DNA of 64,000 nt from an uncultured candidatus Porisulfidus sp. (GCA_965215125.1 OZ244052.1:1344001-1408000), one strand, 5' to 3'; shown: positions 22,192 to 32,989, counted from the stretch's first letter. A program made the numbers and translations. Notes: generated from the letters alone by a model not told the origin.

Positions 22192-23097
22192 TCAATAGTT
22201 GGTAATCAAGACTTCTTTAATTTTTTTCCGGGTATTGTTGTGATAGTTGATGTAATTGCTTTGAATATCATGGACTTGGTATTTTTTCATCCATTCAATC
22301 AGTAAATCATTTTTTCTTCCGTTGTAATGAGTAATATTTGACAAAGCAAATTTAATGCTCTTTCTATTTAATGTATCAATTAAATCAAGCAAGTTTTTTT
22401 CTTCTTTTGAGTTCCATAACTTATTGTATTCGCTTGAAGCGATAAGGTAAGGAGGGTCAAGGTAGACGAAGTCATTTTTGGTAAATTCTTTTTTCTCAAA
22501 AAATCGCCTAAAGTCTTTAGTCGAGAACTGTATTTTTTTATTTTTTACAAAATCAAAATAATTATTAAGTGCTTTTACAACATTTTTATTAAAATCGACA
22601 TTTCCAACAGGCAAATTGAATGAACCACCGCCATTGAAACGTAACATCCTATTAAATCCGTATATCAATAGCACATACAAAATAAGAGGATCATTTTTTC
22701 GATTTTTGTTCACATCGTTTTTTAATTTTTCATATCCTTCTTTGTTGAATTTAGAATAATAAGTCTTCTTAAACTCTTTTTTTAGAGCATCGGGCACAAT
22801 ATCTTTTTTGTAGGAATGAGATAATTTGTATTTGAAGACGATTTTTTCAACTTTGTCAAAAAACTTTCCCGTATTTTCTGCATTCGAAATTAAGTATTCA
22901 TGAATATTAACAAGGTGTTTATTTATATCATTCAAAAAATACTTCTTTGCGTTGATATTCAGGAAAACCGTACCACCACCAACAAATAATTCATAAAAGT
23001 TTTCTATTTTCTCGGGAAACAAATTTAGCAGTTGTTCCATTAGCCGATATTTATCCCCGACATAAAAGAGAGGTGATCTATTTATTTTCTGTTCCAT
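22192..23097 (-). CDS. Dam/D12-class N6-adenine DNA methyltransferase
   Basis: SPLFYVGDK, ELFVGGG, FNLPVG, YLDPPY, EVLITNY. Confidence 0.92.
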   Translation of the reverse strand: MEQKINRSPLFYVGDKYRLMEQLLNLFPEKIENFYELFVGGGTVFLNINAKKYFLNDINKHLVNIHEYLISNAENTGKFFDKVEKIVFKYKLSHSYKKDIVPDALKKEFKKTYYSKFNKEGYEKLKNDVNKNRKNDPLILYVLLIYGFNRMLRFNGGGSFNLPVGNVDFNKNVVKALNNYFDFVKNKKIQFSTKDFRRFFEKKEFTKNDFVYLDPPYLIASSEYNKLWNSKEEKNLLDLIDTLNRKSIKFALSNITHYNGRKNDLLIEWMKKYQVHDIQSNYINYHNNTRKKIKEVLITNY

Positions 23098-24901
23098 GAG
23101 CAGTTTTGGTTACAAACAGATATTCTTTGTGATTATCGAAATTGGTATTTCCGGCGTTAAAATGTCGGTAATCTTTTTCAAACACTTTTGTTTTCCCTTT
23201 CTTGTTCAGAATATTTTTAATTTCTTCGAGCATAATTTTATTTTGCGATGAATTACTCTTGGGGTTGTAAGTGCTGTTATAGGAAACAATTAAATATTTT
23301 GCATTTATGTCATTTATCAATTCTGCAAACTTATCTTTCGCATTTACGCGGCAATAATCACTCATGTTTTCCGGGGTTGGTTTCAAGGCTACGCCGTGTA
23401 ACTTTGGCTTGTCCCATTTTGTAAGTGTCTCAAGTATATGATAAAACCTGCTATATTGTCGGGAGTTATAGGGAGGGTCGATATAGACAATGTCTGTTTT
23501 AATTTTTTTTGCAAGTAGATTTGCATCTTCGCGAAAAATTGAAACCGCCTTGACTTTGATGGGTTCTATCGGGCGCATGAAAAAATTGTCCTCAATAGAT
23601 TTCTTTTTGAAGTATGCATCGTAATGTCCGACTGTATTTGCAATTTTATCGGTGGAATAAAGCAAAGATGACATAAGCATATTATATTCTCGCTTTGTTA
23701 GGTTGTTTCTATTCTCTTCAATGTTCTCGCGAATAAACCCGATAATCTTCGCCGAATTTTTTGAGAAATATTTTCCGCCGAAATTTAGAGAAAAATAATT
23801 TTCATCTAAATCTTCTCCATTAATATTATTATAATCTTTAACAATGGAATTTATTTTTTTGCGATCCCAGTCTCCGTTTCCCAAGAATGCTTTGTATATT
23901 GTTTGATTTGAAAAAAGGAAATCGTTCAGGGTAATTTTGTCGAAATGTTTACCGGCAACTGCGGCAACCACACCGGTTCCGGCAAAAATATCCGTGAATG
24001 ATTTTCCTTCACATTCTTTATCAAGGATAGAAAAAATCCATTTTATTAGTTTGTGTTTGTTCCCGATATATCGCCGGTTGTGTAATTGGAAATAATTTTC
24101 GTTAATTTTCGGAATGTGAAAATAAGTTTCTTGAATTTTCTCTGCGCTAATTCCGTAAGCTGGTTTCTCAATCTCCAACAAGTCAAAAAGTGTTCCTTGG
24201 ATTCCGTCCGCTAGATAATCTAGATCTTTGTTTTGTTTTTTTAGTTTTTCATAAAAACTATAATCTCCTTTTTTGGAAATAATCATAAAATCAACAACGG
24301 GAATCGCCATTATTTCTCCTGCTTTTGTGATTTTCTTAGCCATTTCAATATCTCTCTTGCTTGGGGTTGAATCACCGGACGGATGATTATGAACAAGAAT
24401 AACGCTTGCAGCGTTGAGTTTTATGGCCGGATAAAAAATTTCTCTCGGATGAAACAATGTTTTATCAGAGAGCCCTATACTTACCACTTCCTTTTTTAAT
24501 AAAACATTTCTTGCATCAAGATATAAGCAAATAAGGTGTTCTTTTTTTTTGCTTCGTAAATCATAAGTCAGAGAGCCGACATCTTGAGAATTTTTGATAA
24601 CAATTTCGCTCGTTTCGTTTTCCCCATAAAATCTTTTGACTAGTGAAATTGCTGCCGCAATTTGTAGTGCTTTCGCTTCTCCAATTCCTGCAGTCTTTTT
24701 CAAATCATCAACGGTAATACTTAAAAAATCTTTGCTGAATTTTTTGATAATTTGTTGCGCAAGTTGCTGAACATTCTTTCCCTTGATTCCACTCCCGAGT
24801 AAAATTGCTAAAAGATCACTTTTTGAAAGTGCGTCCGCTCCCTTTTTGAGAAACTTCTCGCGTGGTCTGTCAATTTTTGGGATATCTTTGATCTTTGCCA
24901 T
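23078..24901 (-). CDS. RadC (JAB domain) fused to a D12-class adenine DNA methyltransferase
   Basis: N-terminal half: PREK...LLAILLGSG, HhH, HPREIF, HNHPSG...D. C-terminal half: RYIGNK, DIFAGTG, YIDPPYN. Confidence 0.88.
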   Translation of the reverse strand: MAKIKDIPKIDRPREKFLKKGADALSKSDLLAILLGSGIKGKNVQQLAQQIIKKFSKDFLSITVDDLKKTAGIGEAKALQIAAAISLVKRFYGENETSEIVIKNSQDVGSLTYDLRSKKKEHLICLYLDARNVLLKKEVVSIGLSDKTLFHPREIFYPAIKLNAASVILVHNHPSGDSTPSKRDIEMAKKITKAGEIMAIPVVDFMIISKKGDYSFYEKLKKQNKDLDYLADGIQGTLFDLLEIEKPAYGISAEKIQETYFHIPKINENYFQLHNRRYIGNKHKLIKWIFSILDKECEGKSFTDIFAGTGVVAAVAGKHFDKITLNDFLFSNQTIYKAFLGNGDWDRKKINSIVKDYNNINGEDLDENYFSLNFGGKYFSKNSAKIIGFIRENIEENRNNLTKREYNMLMSSLLYSTDKIANTVGHYDAYFKKKSIEDNFFMRPIEPIKVKAVSIFREDANLLAKKIKTDIVYIDPPYNSRQYSRFYHILETLTKWDKPKLHGVALKPTPENMSDYCRVNAKDKFAELINDINAKYLIVSYNSTYNPKSNSSQNKIMLEEIKNILNKKGKTKVFEKDYRHFNAGNTNFDNHKEYLFVTKTAHGTENK

Positions 24902-25151
24902 ATTTAACTCTATTCAATTCTCAGTGGAAATTTCTTGGTGTCCCTCCGAAAGCAAACATTTTTCTGTAAATTTTAATAGATTCTTCAAAATTTATTTAGC
25001 ATATATAGTCAAGTAAAGAATGTCTGCGTTGACTATTATATCAAGCCTTAATCTCTTAGGTATTGTCCACTACGAAATGCAAAATCTACCCAAGCGGTGG
25101 TACAATCGGCATAGCATCGTACCGAATTATCATAGACACAAGGAGAACATT

Positions 25152-25352
25152 ATGGCACTAAAGTGGACGGACAGTCGTGAGATTGCGATTGCTTTGGACG
25201 AGGCGCATCCGGATGTCGATCCGCAAGGAGTGCGTTTTACCGATTTATATCAATGGGTCTGCGAGCTTGAAGACTTTGCCGACGATCCTAAACATTCGGG
25301 TGAGAGGATTCTAGAGGCGATTCAAATGGCGTGGATAGAGGAAAAAGACTAG
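25152..25352 (+). CDS. iscX: Fe-S assembly protein IscX (YfhJ)
   Basis: [10 protein letters not shown]...VRFTDL...[15 protein letters not shown]; AGGAG RBS before the ATG at 25152. Confidence 0.93.
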   Translation: MALKWTDSREIAIALDEAHPDVDPQGVRFTDLYQWVCELEDFADDPKHSGERILEAIQMAWIEEKD

Positions 25353-25364
25353 AGGAGAACAACG

Positions 25365-25796
25365 ATGGCAATAGAGAGAACTTTGTCTATTATCAAACCC
25401 GATGCGGTTGCGGCAAATCATATCGGCGAGATTTACGCTCGCTTCGAGGCGGCGGGCATACGGATTGTGGCGGCGAGGATGATGCAGTTGTCCGAGTTGC
25501 AGGCGATGGGGTTTTATGCGGTTCATAAGGCGCGTCCGTTTTTCAAGGATTTGGTGAAATTTATGACATCCGGTCCGGTTATGGTGCAGGTGTTGGAGGG
25601 CGAGAATGTTATTGCACGCAACCGCGAGCTGATGGGCGCGACGAATCCGCAGGAGGCGGCTGACGGCACTATTCGAAAGGACTTTGCGAGCAGTATCGAT
25701 CAAAATGCGGTGCACGGCTCCGATGCGCCCGAGACCGCGCAAACCGAGATTGCTTTCTTTTTTAATGAAGCGGAGATATGCAAGCGGACTTTTTGA
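25365..25796 (+). CDS. ndk: Nucleoside diphosphate kinase
   Basis: [19 protein letters not shown]. Confidence 0.98.
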   Translation: MAIERTLSIIKPDAVAANHIGEIYARFEAAGIRIVAARMMQLSELQAMGFYAVHKARPFFKDLVKFMTSGPVMVQVLEGENVIARNRELMGATNPQEAADGTIRKDFASSIDQNAVHGSDAPETAQTEIAFFFNEAEICKRTF

Positions 25797-26905
25797 GTAA
25801 TAAGATTGCTACTCGCACACTGATAAACCCGTTGGCATTAAGCCGCAAAGAACTAGCCGACTTATGCTCGGCTTTGGGTGAAAAGGCGGTGCATGCAAAA
25901 TCGGTAATCAAATATATACACCGTTTTGGGGTATGCGATTATAACCGGATGCACGATCTTAAAGCGACCCTGCGCAACAAGCTTGCCCGAGTGTCGGCTT
26001 GGGATTTTCCGACGATCGTCAGAGAGCAACGCGCGCCCGACGGCACCTATAAATGGTTGCTTAGACTAAAAGACATGAACTTGGTAGAGACTGTATTAAT
26101 TCCCGAGCAGCGGAGAAACACGCTGTGTATTTCTACCCAAGTTGGATGCGCACTAAACTGTGCTTTTTGTGCGACTGCGCGTCAAGGCTTTGAGCGCAAC
26201 CTAGACTGCGGTGAGATTGTTGCCCAGTTATGGCTGGTTAATCGTCGTTTGCGTGCGGTGGATGAAGCCGAGGTTAGCAATGTGGTGTTTATGGGAATGG
26301 GCGAGCCGTTATTGAATTTCGATGCGGTTATTCGCGCCGCATCTTTGATGACTGACGACCTTGCGTACGGTATTCCGGCGCGCAGAGTCACCGTAAGCAC
26401 ATCGGGTTATGTCCCCGGCATCCTGCGCTTGAAGGCGGTGCCGAATGTTGCGCTCACGGTTTCTCTGCACGCACCTACCGACTCATTGCGCGACCGTCTA
26501 GTGCCTATAAACCGCAAGTATTCGATTGCGGTTTTGATGGATGCGGTGCGTCAATTTTTGGATGCTCGCCGGTCAAACACCGGCTTAACTTTCGGTTATG
26601 TCATGCTCAAAGATGTCAACGATACCGTGTCGTGTGCGGTGGCACTTGCCCGATTGATTGAGGGAATTCCCGCTAAAGTCAATTTAATCCCGTTCAACGA
26701 TTTTACGCAAAGTGGTTTTTCGTGTTCAAATGCCGAGACACTCGCTCGTTTTCGCAGTGTCTTATATGAATATGGTATTGTGACTACCCTGCGCCGCTCG
26801 CGTGGTTCGGATATATCGGCTGCCTGCGGACAACTAAGCGCATTGTGTAAAAATAACAACCTGAGCGACGATGTGAACACCGGTCGGCGGATTTATGTGG
26901 GATAA
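25778..26905 (+). CDS. rlmN: 23S rRNA/tRNA m2A methyltransferase RlmN
   Basis: CxxxCxxC (GCALNCAFC), MGMGEP, AACGQL; true start may be slightly downstream. Confidence 0.95.
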   Translation: MQADFLSNKIATRTLINPLALSRKELADLCSALGEKAVHAKSVIKYIHRFGVCDYNRMHDLKATLRNKLARVSAWDFPTIVREQRAPDGTYKWLLRLKDMNLVETVLIPEQRRNTLCISTQVGCALNCAFCATARQGFERNLDCGEIVAQLWLVNRRLRAVDEAEVSNVVFMGMGEPLLNFDAVIRAASLMTDDLAYGIPARRVTVSTSGYVPGILRLKAVPNVALTVSLHAPTDSLRDRLVPINRKYSIAVLMDAVRQFLDARRSNTGLTFGYVMLKDVNDTVSCAVALARLIEGIPAKVNLIPFNDFTQSGFSCSNAETLARFRSVLYEYGIVTTLRRSRGSDISAACGQLSALCKNNNLSDDVNTGRRIYVG

Positions 26906-26937
26906 TGCTTAATTAAACATAGACCTGACACAACGAT

Positions 26938-28122
26938 ATGGACGAAGAACATATAGACGAACCGAAAAAGCCCGGACAATATCTAGCTTACGAGCGAGAG
27001 AAAAAAGGCTTTACGGTTGAAGATATTGCCGAGAAATTACGCTTGTCTCCGCGCATCATTCATGCGCTGGAAGAAGAGATACACGACAAATTACCCGAGT
27101 TGGTTTATGTGCGCGGTTATATACGGGCGTATTGTCGGTTGTTGCGTATAGACCCGGTTCCCGTGCTTGATATGTACACCGCTAATCTACCTCAAGAGAC
27201 AGACCAGTTACTTGAAGACTTGTCGTCGAGTTCTCCGCTCAACGAACGACAGCAGAAATATATAATATTTTGGGGAAGCGTCATCGTAGCATTTATATTT
27301 TTGGCATTGGTTATCGGTTGGTGGCAAGAGAATCGACCGACAACCTACCCTGTAAGTGAATCCTCGGTTTCGCAAGAGGAGGCAGCACCCGCCTTCGTGG
27401 GTGAACCTTCGGTCTTGCAAGAGGAGGCAGCCCCCGCCTTCGTGGGCGAACCTTCGGTCTTGCAAGAGGAGACAGCACCCGCCTTCGTGGGCGGGCCTTC
27501 GGTTTCGCAAGAGGAGACAGCACCCGCCGCCGTGGGCGAGCCTTCGGTTTCGCAAGAGGAGACAGCATCCGCCGCCGTGGGCGGGCCTTCGGTTTCGCAA
27601 GAGGAGACAGCATCCGCCGCCGTGGGCGGGCCTTCGGTTTCGCAAGAGGAGACAGCATCCGCCGCCGTAGGCGAGCCTTCGGTCTCGCAGGAGGATGTCG
27701 CTGAGCAATCGGAGATTCCCGATATTCCACCGCAGCAAGAAGCGGCACAATCTCCCTCCGATATGGAAGCTATCAATGTATCGGATGATGAGGTACGATC
27801 TACCGTGCTTGAGACCGAAGCGGACACCGAAGTAAATAGCCAACGACTCGATGCAATTGACGATGCGTCGCAACCGGTGACATTGGTTGTTATGTCTACC
27901 GGTGAAAGCTGGGCGCGTGTGAGAGACGGGGGAGGCGATATTTTTATCCATAGGATTTTACCCACGGGATACAATAAGATTTTTATGGTCAACTTACCGC
28001 TGAAATTTGAATTGGGCAATGCCAACCAAGTGAGTATTATGATTGACGGCAAAGACTATGATATTTCATCGTATATTAAACCTAATAAGGTAGCTAATTT
28101 TGAGGTAACCGAACTACCCTAG
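26938..28122 (+). CDS. rodZ: Cell-shape protein RodZ with a repeat-expanded periplasmic linker
   Basis: HTH with YVRGYIRAYCRLL, one TM helix, C-terminal DUF4115-like SWARV...LGNA; synteny. Confidence 0.88.
   Translation: MDEEHIDEPKKPGQYLAYEREKKGFTVEDIAEKLRLSPRIIHALEEEIHDKLPELVYVRGYIRAYCRLLRIDPVPVLDMYTANLPQETDQLLEDLSSSSPLNERQQKYIIFWGSVIVAFIFLALVIGWWQENRPTTYPVSESSVSQEEAAPAFVGEPSVLQEEAAPAFVGEPSVLQEETAPAFVGGPSVSQEETAPAAVGEPSVSQEETASAAVGGPSVSQEETASAAVGGPSVSQEETASAAVGEPSVSQEDVAEQSEIPDIPPQQEAAQSPSDMEAINVSDDEVRSTVLETEADTEVNSQRLDAIDDASQPVTLVVMSTGESWARVRDGGGDIFIHRILPTGYNKIFMVNLPLKFELGNANQVSIMIDGKDYDISSYIKPNKVANFEVTELP
27361..27693 (+). repeat. 45-bp in-frame tandem repeat, about 7.4 copies (PSVSQEETAxAxVGx)
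   Basis: Directly visible 15-codon units. Confidence 0.97.
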
Positions 28123-28130
28123 AGACCGGC

Positions 28131-29405
28131 GTGGCAATTTTAATAAAATCTATTCGCGGCATGCACGATGCTTTAGCTGCGCAGAGTATGTTATTCCGAA
28201 CGATAGAGATGTGTAGTATCGAGATACTGCGTTCTTTCGGGTATGCGGAAATACGGTTACCAATGCTTGAAAAAACCGAGCTTTATGCGCGCTCTATAGG
28301 CGATCACACCGACATCGTTACTAAAGAGATGTACACCTTTGAGGATCGTAACGGCGACTCGTTGACATTGCGGCCGGAAGGCACCGCAGGTTGCGTGCGC
28401 GCCGCACTGGAACACGGTTTGGTTTCTACACAACAACGGTTGTGGTACGCAGGTCCGTTCTTCCGCCACGAGCGTCCGCAAAAGGGACGTCTCAGACAAT
28501 TCCATCAGGTCGGAGCGGAAACCTTTATGATGGAAGGTCCCGATATAGATTGCGAGTTGATTGCAATTTGCAGTCGGATATTTGACGAACTGGAAGTTGG
28601 TAATTTATGCCTAAAGATTAATTCCTTAGGCGAATCGGAGGCTAGACAAAGCTATGTCAAGGCATTGGTAGAATGGCTTGAACCTCGCAACGATCGGCTC
28701 GACGACGATTCGCGCAAACGGTTGAAAGTGAATCCTCTGCGTATACTCGATAGTAAAAATACGGATACGCAAAAATTGCTGGAGGATGCGCCACAATTAT
28801 CCGAGTATATAGACGATAGTTCTCGCCTGCATTTAGAGAGGCTGAAATCAATGCTGGAAGACAAAAATATAACTTATCAACACGATCCCTTTTTAGTTCG
28901 CGGTCTAGACTATTATAATAAGACGGTGTTTGAGTGGGTTGTCCCGGAAGATGTCGGACAAAACACCGTTTGTGCAGGGGGGCGTTATGACGGTCTCGTC
29001 GCTTTGTTGGGCGGCAAGCAAACACCTGCGGCAGGTTTTGCTTTGGGAATAGAGCGTCTTGCGTTGTTACTGGAAGATCGGCACGATGACGAATTCCTCG
29101 ATGCTGATATTTATATGGTTGCAGTGGGCGAGGAAGCCGAACGTAAGGCACACCTTTTGTCGGATAGAATACGTGATCTTTTGCCTACCGAGCTGGTGCT
29201 TATAGATAATTGCGGTGGTGGCAGTTTTAAGACACAGCTCAAGCGGGCGGACAAGTCGGGTGCTAGCGTTGCGATCATTTTAGGAGAGGACGAAGTAAGC
29301 ACAGGAACCGTTGCGATTAAAGATTTAAGAGGAGAAGCGGAACAAGCAAAATGCAAAGAAAGCGAGTTATTTTATTTTATTCAAAGGCATTTTCCTCTTA
29401 AATAG
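28131..29405 (+). CDS. hisS: Histidyl-tRNA synthetase
   Basis: LRPEGTAG, FRHERPQKGR, LVRGLDYY, GGRYDGL. Confidence 0.98.
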   Translation: MAILIKSIRGMHDALAAQSMLFRTIEMCSIEILRSFGYAEIRLPMLEKTELYARSIGDHTDIVTKEMYTFEDRNGDSLTLRPEGTAGCVRAALEHGLVSTQQRLWYAGPFFRHERPQKGRLRQFHQVGAETFMMEGPDIDCELIAICSRIFDELEVGNLCLKINSLGESEARQSYVKALVEWLEPRNDRLDDDSRKRLKVNPLRILDSKNTDTQKLLEDAPQLSEYIDDSSRLHLERLKSMLEDKNITYQHDPFLVRGLDYYNKTVFEWVVPEDVGQNTVCAGGRYDGLVALLGGKQTPAAGFALGIERLALLLEDRHDDEFLDADIYMVAVGEEAERKAHLLSDRIRDLLPTELVLIDNCGGGSFKTQLKRADKSGASVAIILGEDEVSTGTVAIKDLRGEAEQAKCKESELFYFIQRHFPLK

Positions 29406-29444
29406 ACGATTTATTAAACTGATTTTATTGATAGAGATTAAAAC

Positions 29445-30194
29445 ATGGCAAAAAAGAAACAAGCAAGGCAATCCGATGGAATACAGAGGACATCGGCCAG
29501 AACACCGAAAACGCCGAGAGTTCAATCGGGAGACGAAAGCAAGGAGATGCTTTCGGAGTGGTGGCACGATAACGGCAAGTATTTTATTGCCGGTGCCGTA
29601 CTGGGCATCATGGCTATCGTTGGTTGGAAAGGTTGGGACTACTATACCGAAACCCGAGAGACCGAAGCGGCAACGCATTATGAGGAAATGCTCGATTATA
29701 TCGCATTAGAGGACGCGCAAGATGCAACGCAAATCCTGAGTACACTTCGTGATGAATATGCTAAGACTGCATACACCGTTTTTGCTTCGCTCGCAATGGC
29801 AAAATTCAAAGTTGAGCAAGGACAGCTGGAAGAGGCGGCAACGGACCTAAGATGGGTTGCGGAGAATGCACCATACGAAGAACTCAGATCGTTGGCGTGG
29901 GTTCGTTTGGCGCGTGTATTGATGGAATTAGAGCAGATCGATGAAGCCCGAGAAATTGTCGTCAACTACATTTTCCCGCGTGGTATAGAAGAACTGGCAT
30001 CGGAAGTCCACGGCGATTATTTAGCCCGTCAAGGTAATTATGAACAAGCTCAAGATGCCTATCAAAGAGCCGTCTCTACTTCTATGGTTGATGATTACAA
30101 TTTTATTATGATGAAGATAGAAGAGATCGGCGGCACCTTAGAACCGCCCGAGGACGAAGACGAACAGGGCGGAGACGACGAAGACGAAGGATAA
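29445..30194 (+). CDS. yfgM: YfgM-family TPR membrane protein
   Basis: WWHDNG plus TM, RLARV TPR; between hisS and bamB. Confidence 0.85.
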   Translation: MAKKKQARQSDGIQRTSARTPKTPRVQSGDESKEMLSEWWHDNGKYFIAGAVLGIMAIVGWKGWDYYTETRETEAATHYEEMLDYIALEDAQDATQILSTLRDEYAKTAYTVFASLAMAKFKVEQGQLEEAATDLRWVAENAPYEELRSLAWVRLARVLMELEQIDEAREIVVNYIFPRGIEELASEVHGDYLARQGNYEQAQDAYQRAVSTSMVDDYNFIMMKIEEIGGTLEPPEDEDEQGGDDEDEG

Positions 30195-30243
30195 CGATAC
30201 TATGGCATTGTTTGTGAAACCACATGGTTTCTATGGATCAAAT

Positions 30244-30436
30244 GGATGAATGTATAAGTCGTGCAGATACGACACAACCACCCTATGGAAAGGCTTTACA
30301 TTTTGTACTATGTACTAAAATTTCGCACAATGTTACGCCGATTGACCTACTGGCTCAATCGGCGGTTCTATTGCGCCTACCACCCCTCCACAGGAGGGGA
30401 ATGTACCGACACCATATTCGTGCAGACACGGCGCAA
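30244..30436 (-). repeat. Composite repeat in inverted orientation inside the yfgM-bamB operon
   Basis: 30276-30402 is the reverse complement of the 6783-6909 type, flanked by linker modules (GTRTCTGCACGA). Confidence 0.9.
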
Positions 30437-30441
30437 TTATA

Positions 30442-31623
30442 GTGTTTTCCCATCCAATTACGATACCCACCGCAAGTGTCCTCATCGCATGCATTTCGCT
30501 ATTATTGAGTGCTTGTTCTACTATCACCGATGCGCTAATGGGAAAGGAAGATCGTTATTTAGATGATGTTCCGTCTTTTCTCGTCGTGGATACCTTGTGG
30601 TCGGCATCCGCAGTAGGCAGTTTTGAGGACGACTATCTATTTTTCACTCCACTATTGGAAGGAGAGCGCATTTATGTTTGTGGACCGAGCGGTAAACTTG
30701 TAGCATTTGATGTGAACGGCGGCAAGCGTGTCTGGAGCGCGACCGTGCAGGAGGAATTGGTTGCCGGTGTCGGCGGTGGCGAAGGTATATTGCTAATCGG
30801 TACGAACAAAGGCGAAGTCATAGCCGTTGCCGAAGACTCTAAGGAGATATTATGGCGGCGCGGTTTGGGAAGCAGAGCTTTGGTGATTTCCGAGAATTAT
30901 AAAAACACCGTAATTGTGCGTACCGAAGACAACACGACTTTTGCTTTTCGTAGCGATGACGGCAAGCCGCTTTGGCGACGCAAAGACCCACCCCCACCGC
31001 TAACGATTAAAGGTGCAAGTATTCCGGTGTTCTACGAAGATGCAACCTTCCTAGGTTTGGACGACGGACAGATATTGGTACTTGCACTGGAGGACGGCAA
31101 GGTGTTGAATCAAATCAAGCTCGGTGTGAGTTCGGGTGAGTCCGATTTGGATCGTATCGTTGATGTAGACGGTCGTATGCTGATATACGACGATATTTTC
31201 TTCGCCGCGGCTTATCAAGGACGTACGATTGCTTTAGATCTCAAGCGTAATAGATTGTTGTGGTTGGCAGATGCGCCCTCGCATGTGGGACTCGATGTAG
31301 GACGCAGGGGTGTTTATGCGACCACACCGGAAAACCAAGTCGTAGCGCACGATCGTCAAACCGGTGAAAGGCTATGGTCTAATACCCGATTGCTGGATAC
31401 GGAATTGAGTGCGCCGCTGTCGGTAGGTGCGCTGGTTGCAGTCGGAAGTGATCGTGGCGATATTTACTGGTTATCACACAAAAGCGGGAAAGTGTTGGAT
31501 ATAACCGATATTGGTGGTTCACCGATTGTATCGCTGGCATCTTTTGCGAATGGAAAACTAATTGCTTTTGACAAAAGCGGTGATTTGACCGCACTCGATA
31601 TAAAAGGCTATCGCAAAAACTAA
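30442..31623 (+). CDS. bamB: Outer-membrane assembly lipoprotein BamB
   Basis: Lipobox LSAC, PQQ-like propeller repeats, LDRIVDVDG; synteny. Confidence 0.88.
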   Translation: MFSHPITIPTASVLIACISLLLSACSTITDALMGKEDRYLDDVPSFLVVDTLWSASAVGSFEDDYLFFTPLLEGERIYVCGPSGKLVAFDVNGGKRVWSATVQEELVAGVGGGEGILLIGTNKGEVIAVAEDSKEILWRRGLGSRALVISENYKNTVIVRTEDNTTFAFRSDDGKPLWRRKDPPPPLTIKGASIPVFYEDATFLGLDDGQILVLALEDGKVLNQIKLGVSSGESDLDRIVDVDGRMLIYDDIFFAAAYQGRTIALDLKRNRLLWLADAPSHVGLDVGRRGVYATTPENQVVAHDRQTGERLWSNTRLLDTELSAPLSVGALVAVGSDRGDIYWLSHKSGKVLDITDIGGSPIVSLASFANGKLIAFDKSGDLTALDIKGYRKN

Positions 31624-31632
31624 AAGTGTGCG

Positions 31633-32946
31633 ATGAAAAAATTAGCTCTGGTAGGACGCCCCAATGTGGGCAAGTCGTCTTTATTTAATGCGCTATCTCA
31701 TAAACGCGACGCGATTGTAGCAGCCAGTCCCGGGCTGACTAGAGACCGTCAGTACGGTGTGGTAGAACACGAAGGTTGTAGTTGCATCATCATAGACACC
31801 GGTGGTCTTGCCGCCGAGAACGAGATGGATCAGCTGATTGCGGCACAAACGCAGAATGCTATAGCCGAAGCCGATGCCGTTGCATTGATTGTCGATGCCT
31901 CACAGGGTTTAACGCCGTCGGATCAATCCTTGGCAACTCAGATGCGTAAAACGAGCAAAGGCTTATGGTTGGTTGTCAATAAAATAGACAAGCAAAGCGA
32001 GGCATACTACCAAAGTGAATTTTTATCGCTGGGCATACAACCCTGCTTTTATACAGCTGCTACTAGGGGTCGTGGGACACGGATATTGCTTGAGGCAATC
32101 GCTGCCGAGTTAGGCGGCACCTTGCCGAGGAAGAGCGACCCTAAGCGCATACATCTTGCCATTATCGGTCGTCCCAATGTCGGGAAATCTACACTTGTCA
32201 ATACCTTGATTGAGGAGCAGCGTATATTGACCTCGTCGACACCCGGAACGACTCGCAGTGCAATCAGTGTGCCTTTTTCTTTTAACGGGAAAAGTTTTTC
32301 TTTGGTGGATACCGCCGGTATACGGCGGCGAAGCAAGCTCAAAGACGATGTTGAGAAGTTTAGTGTCGCACAATCTTTTGAGCATATCGTGATGGGTGAT
32401 GTCGCGTTATTAGTTTGCGATGCTTCGGAAGGTGTCACCGACCAAGACGCACATCTTGCGATGCACGCGATAGAGCAGGGTTGTGCACTCGTAATCGCAT
32501 TAAATAAATATGACTTGGTTAATACCGCTAATAACACTTATCTTAAGCGTAGTTTGGATACGAGTTTAGGTTTTTTGGATTATATAGAACACTATCGCAT
32601 TTCGGCATTGAAAGGCACCGGCTTGTCGGCATTGATGAAAGCGGTCGTGAGCGCGTATCGCAATGCTTGTATTAAAATTCCCACAGCCGAGTGTAACCGC
32701 GTTTTGAAGGCGGCCCTCGCCCGACACTCGCCGCCACTGGTGAAAAACCGACAGATTAAACCTCGTTATATTTGCCAAGTCGGTGAATTACCGCCGCGTT
32801 TTGTTATTTCGGGCAGTAGAGTAGATTGTCTACCCCAACATTACAAACGTTATTTAGCCTCTTATATCCGACGTTGTTTTAGGCTTAAAGGCACGCCTAT
32901 TTTTTTAGAATTTCGCAGAACTCCGAACCCGTATACTTCCGATTAA
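31633..32946 (+). CDS. der: Ribosome biogenesis GTPase Der (EngA)
   Basis: Two GRPNVGKS G-domains, DTGG and DTAG, C-terminal KH-like domain. Confidence 0.97.
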   Translation: MKKLALVGRPNVGKSSLFNALSHKRDAIVAASPGLTRDRQYGVVEHEGCSCIIIDTGGLAAENEMDQLIAAQTQNAIAEADAVALIVDASQGLTPSDQSLATQMRKTSKGLWLVVNKIDKQSEAYYQSEFLSLGIQPCFYTAATRGRGTRILLEAIAAELGGTLPRKSDPKRIHLAIIGRPNVGKSTLVNTLIEEQRILTSSTPGTTRSAISVPFSFNGKSFSLVDTAGIRRRSKLKDDVEKFSVAQSFEHIVMGDVALLVCDASEGVTDQDAHLAMHAIEQGCALVIALNKYDLVNTANNTYLKRSLDTSLGFLDYIEHYRISALKGTGLSALMKAVVSAYRNACIKIPTAECNRVLKAALARHSPPLVKNRQIKPRYICQVGELPPRFVISGSRVDCLPQHYKRYLASYIRRCFRLKGTPIFLEFRRTPNPYTSD

Positions 32947-32968
32947 CACACGCACTGATGTATTCATT

Positions 32969-32989
32969 CCTCTCCTTTGTAAGGAGAGG
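32969..32989. terminator. Hairpin after der, related to repeat unit A
   Basis: CCTCTCCTT-TGT-AAGGAGAGG. Confidence 0.45.

Noticed and set aside
7118-24901. Prophage or ICE
   Set aside because: No integrase, structural, replication or conjugation genes, and no att pair found.
25020-25151. N-terminal extension of IscX
   Set aside because: The RBS and family length support the ATG at 25152.
27208-28052. Long antisense and alternative-frame ORFs in rodZ
   Set aside because: By-products of the stop-free 45-bp repeat.
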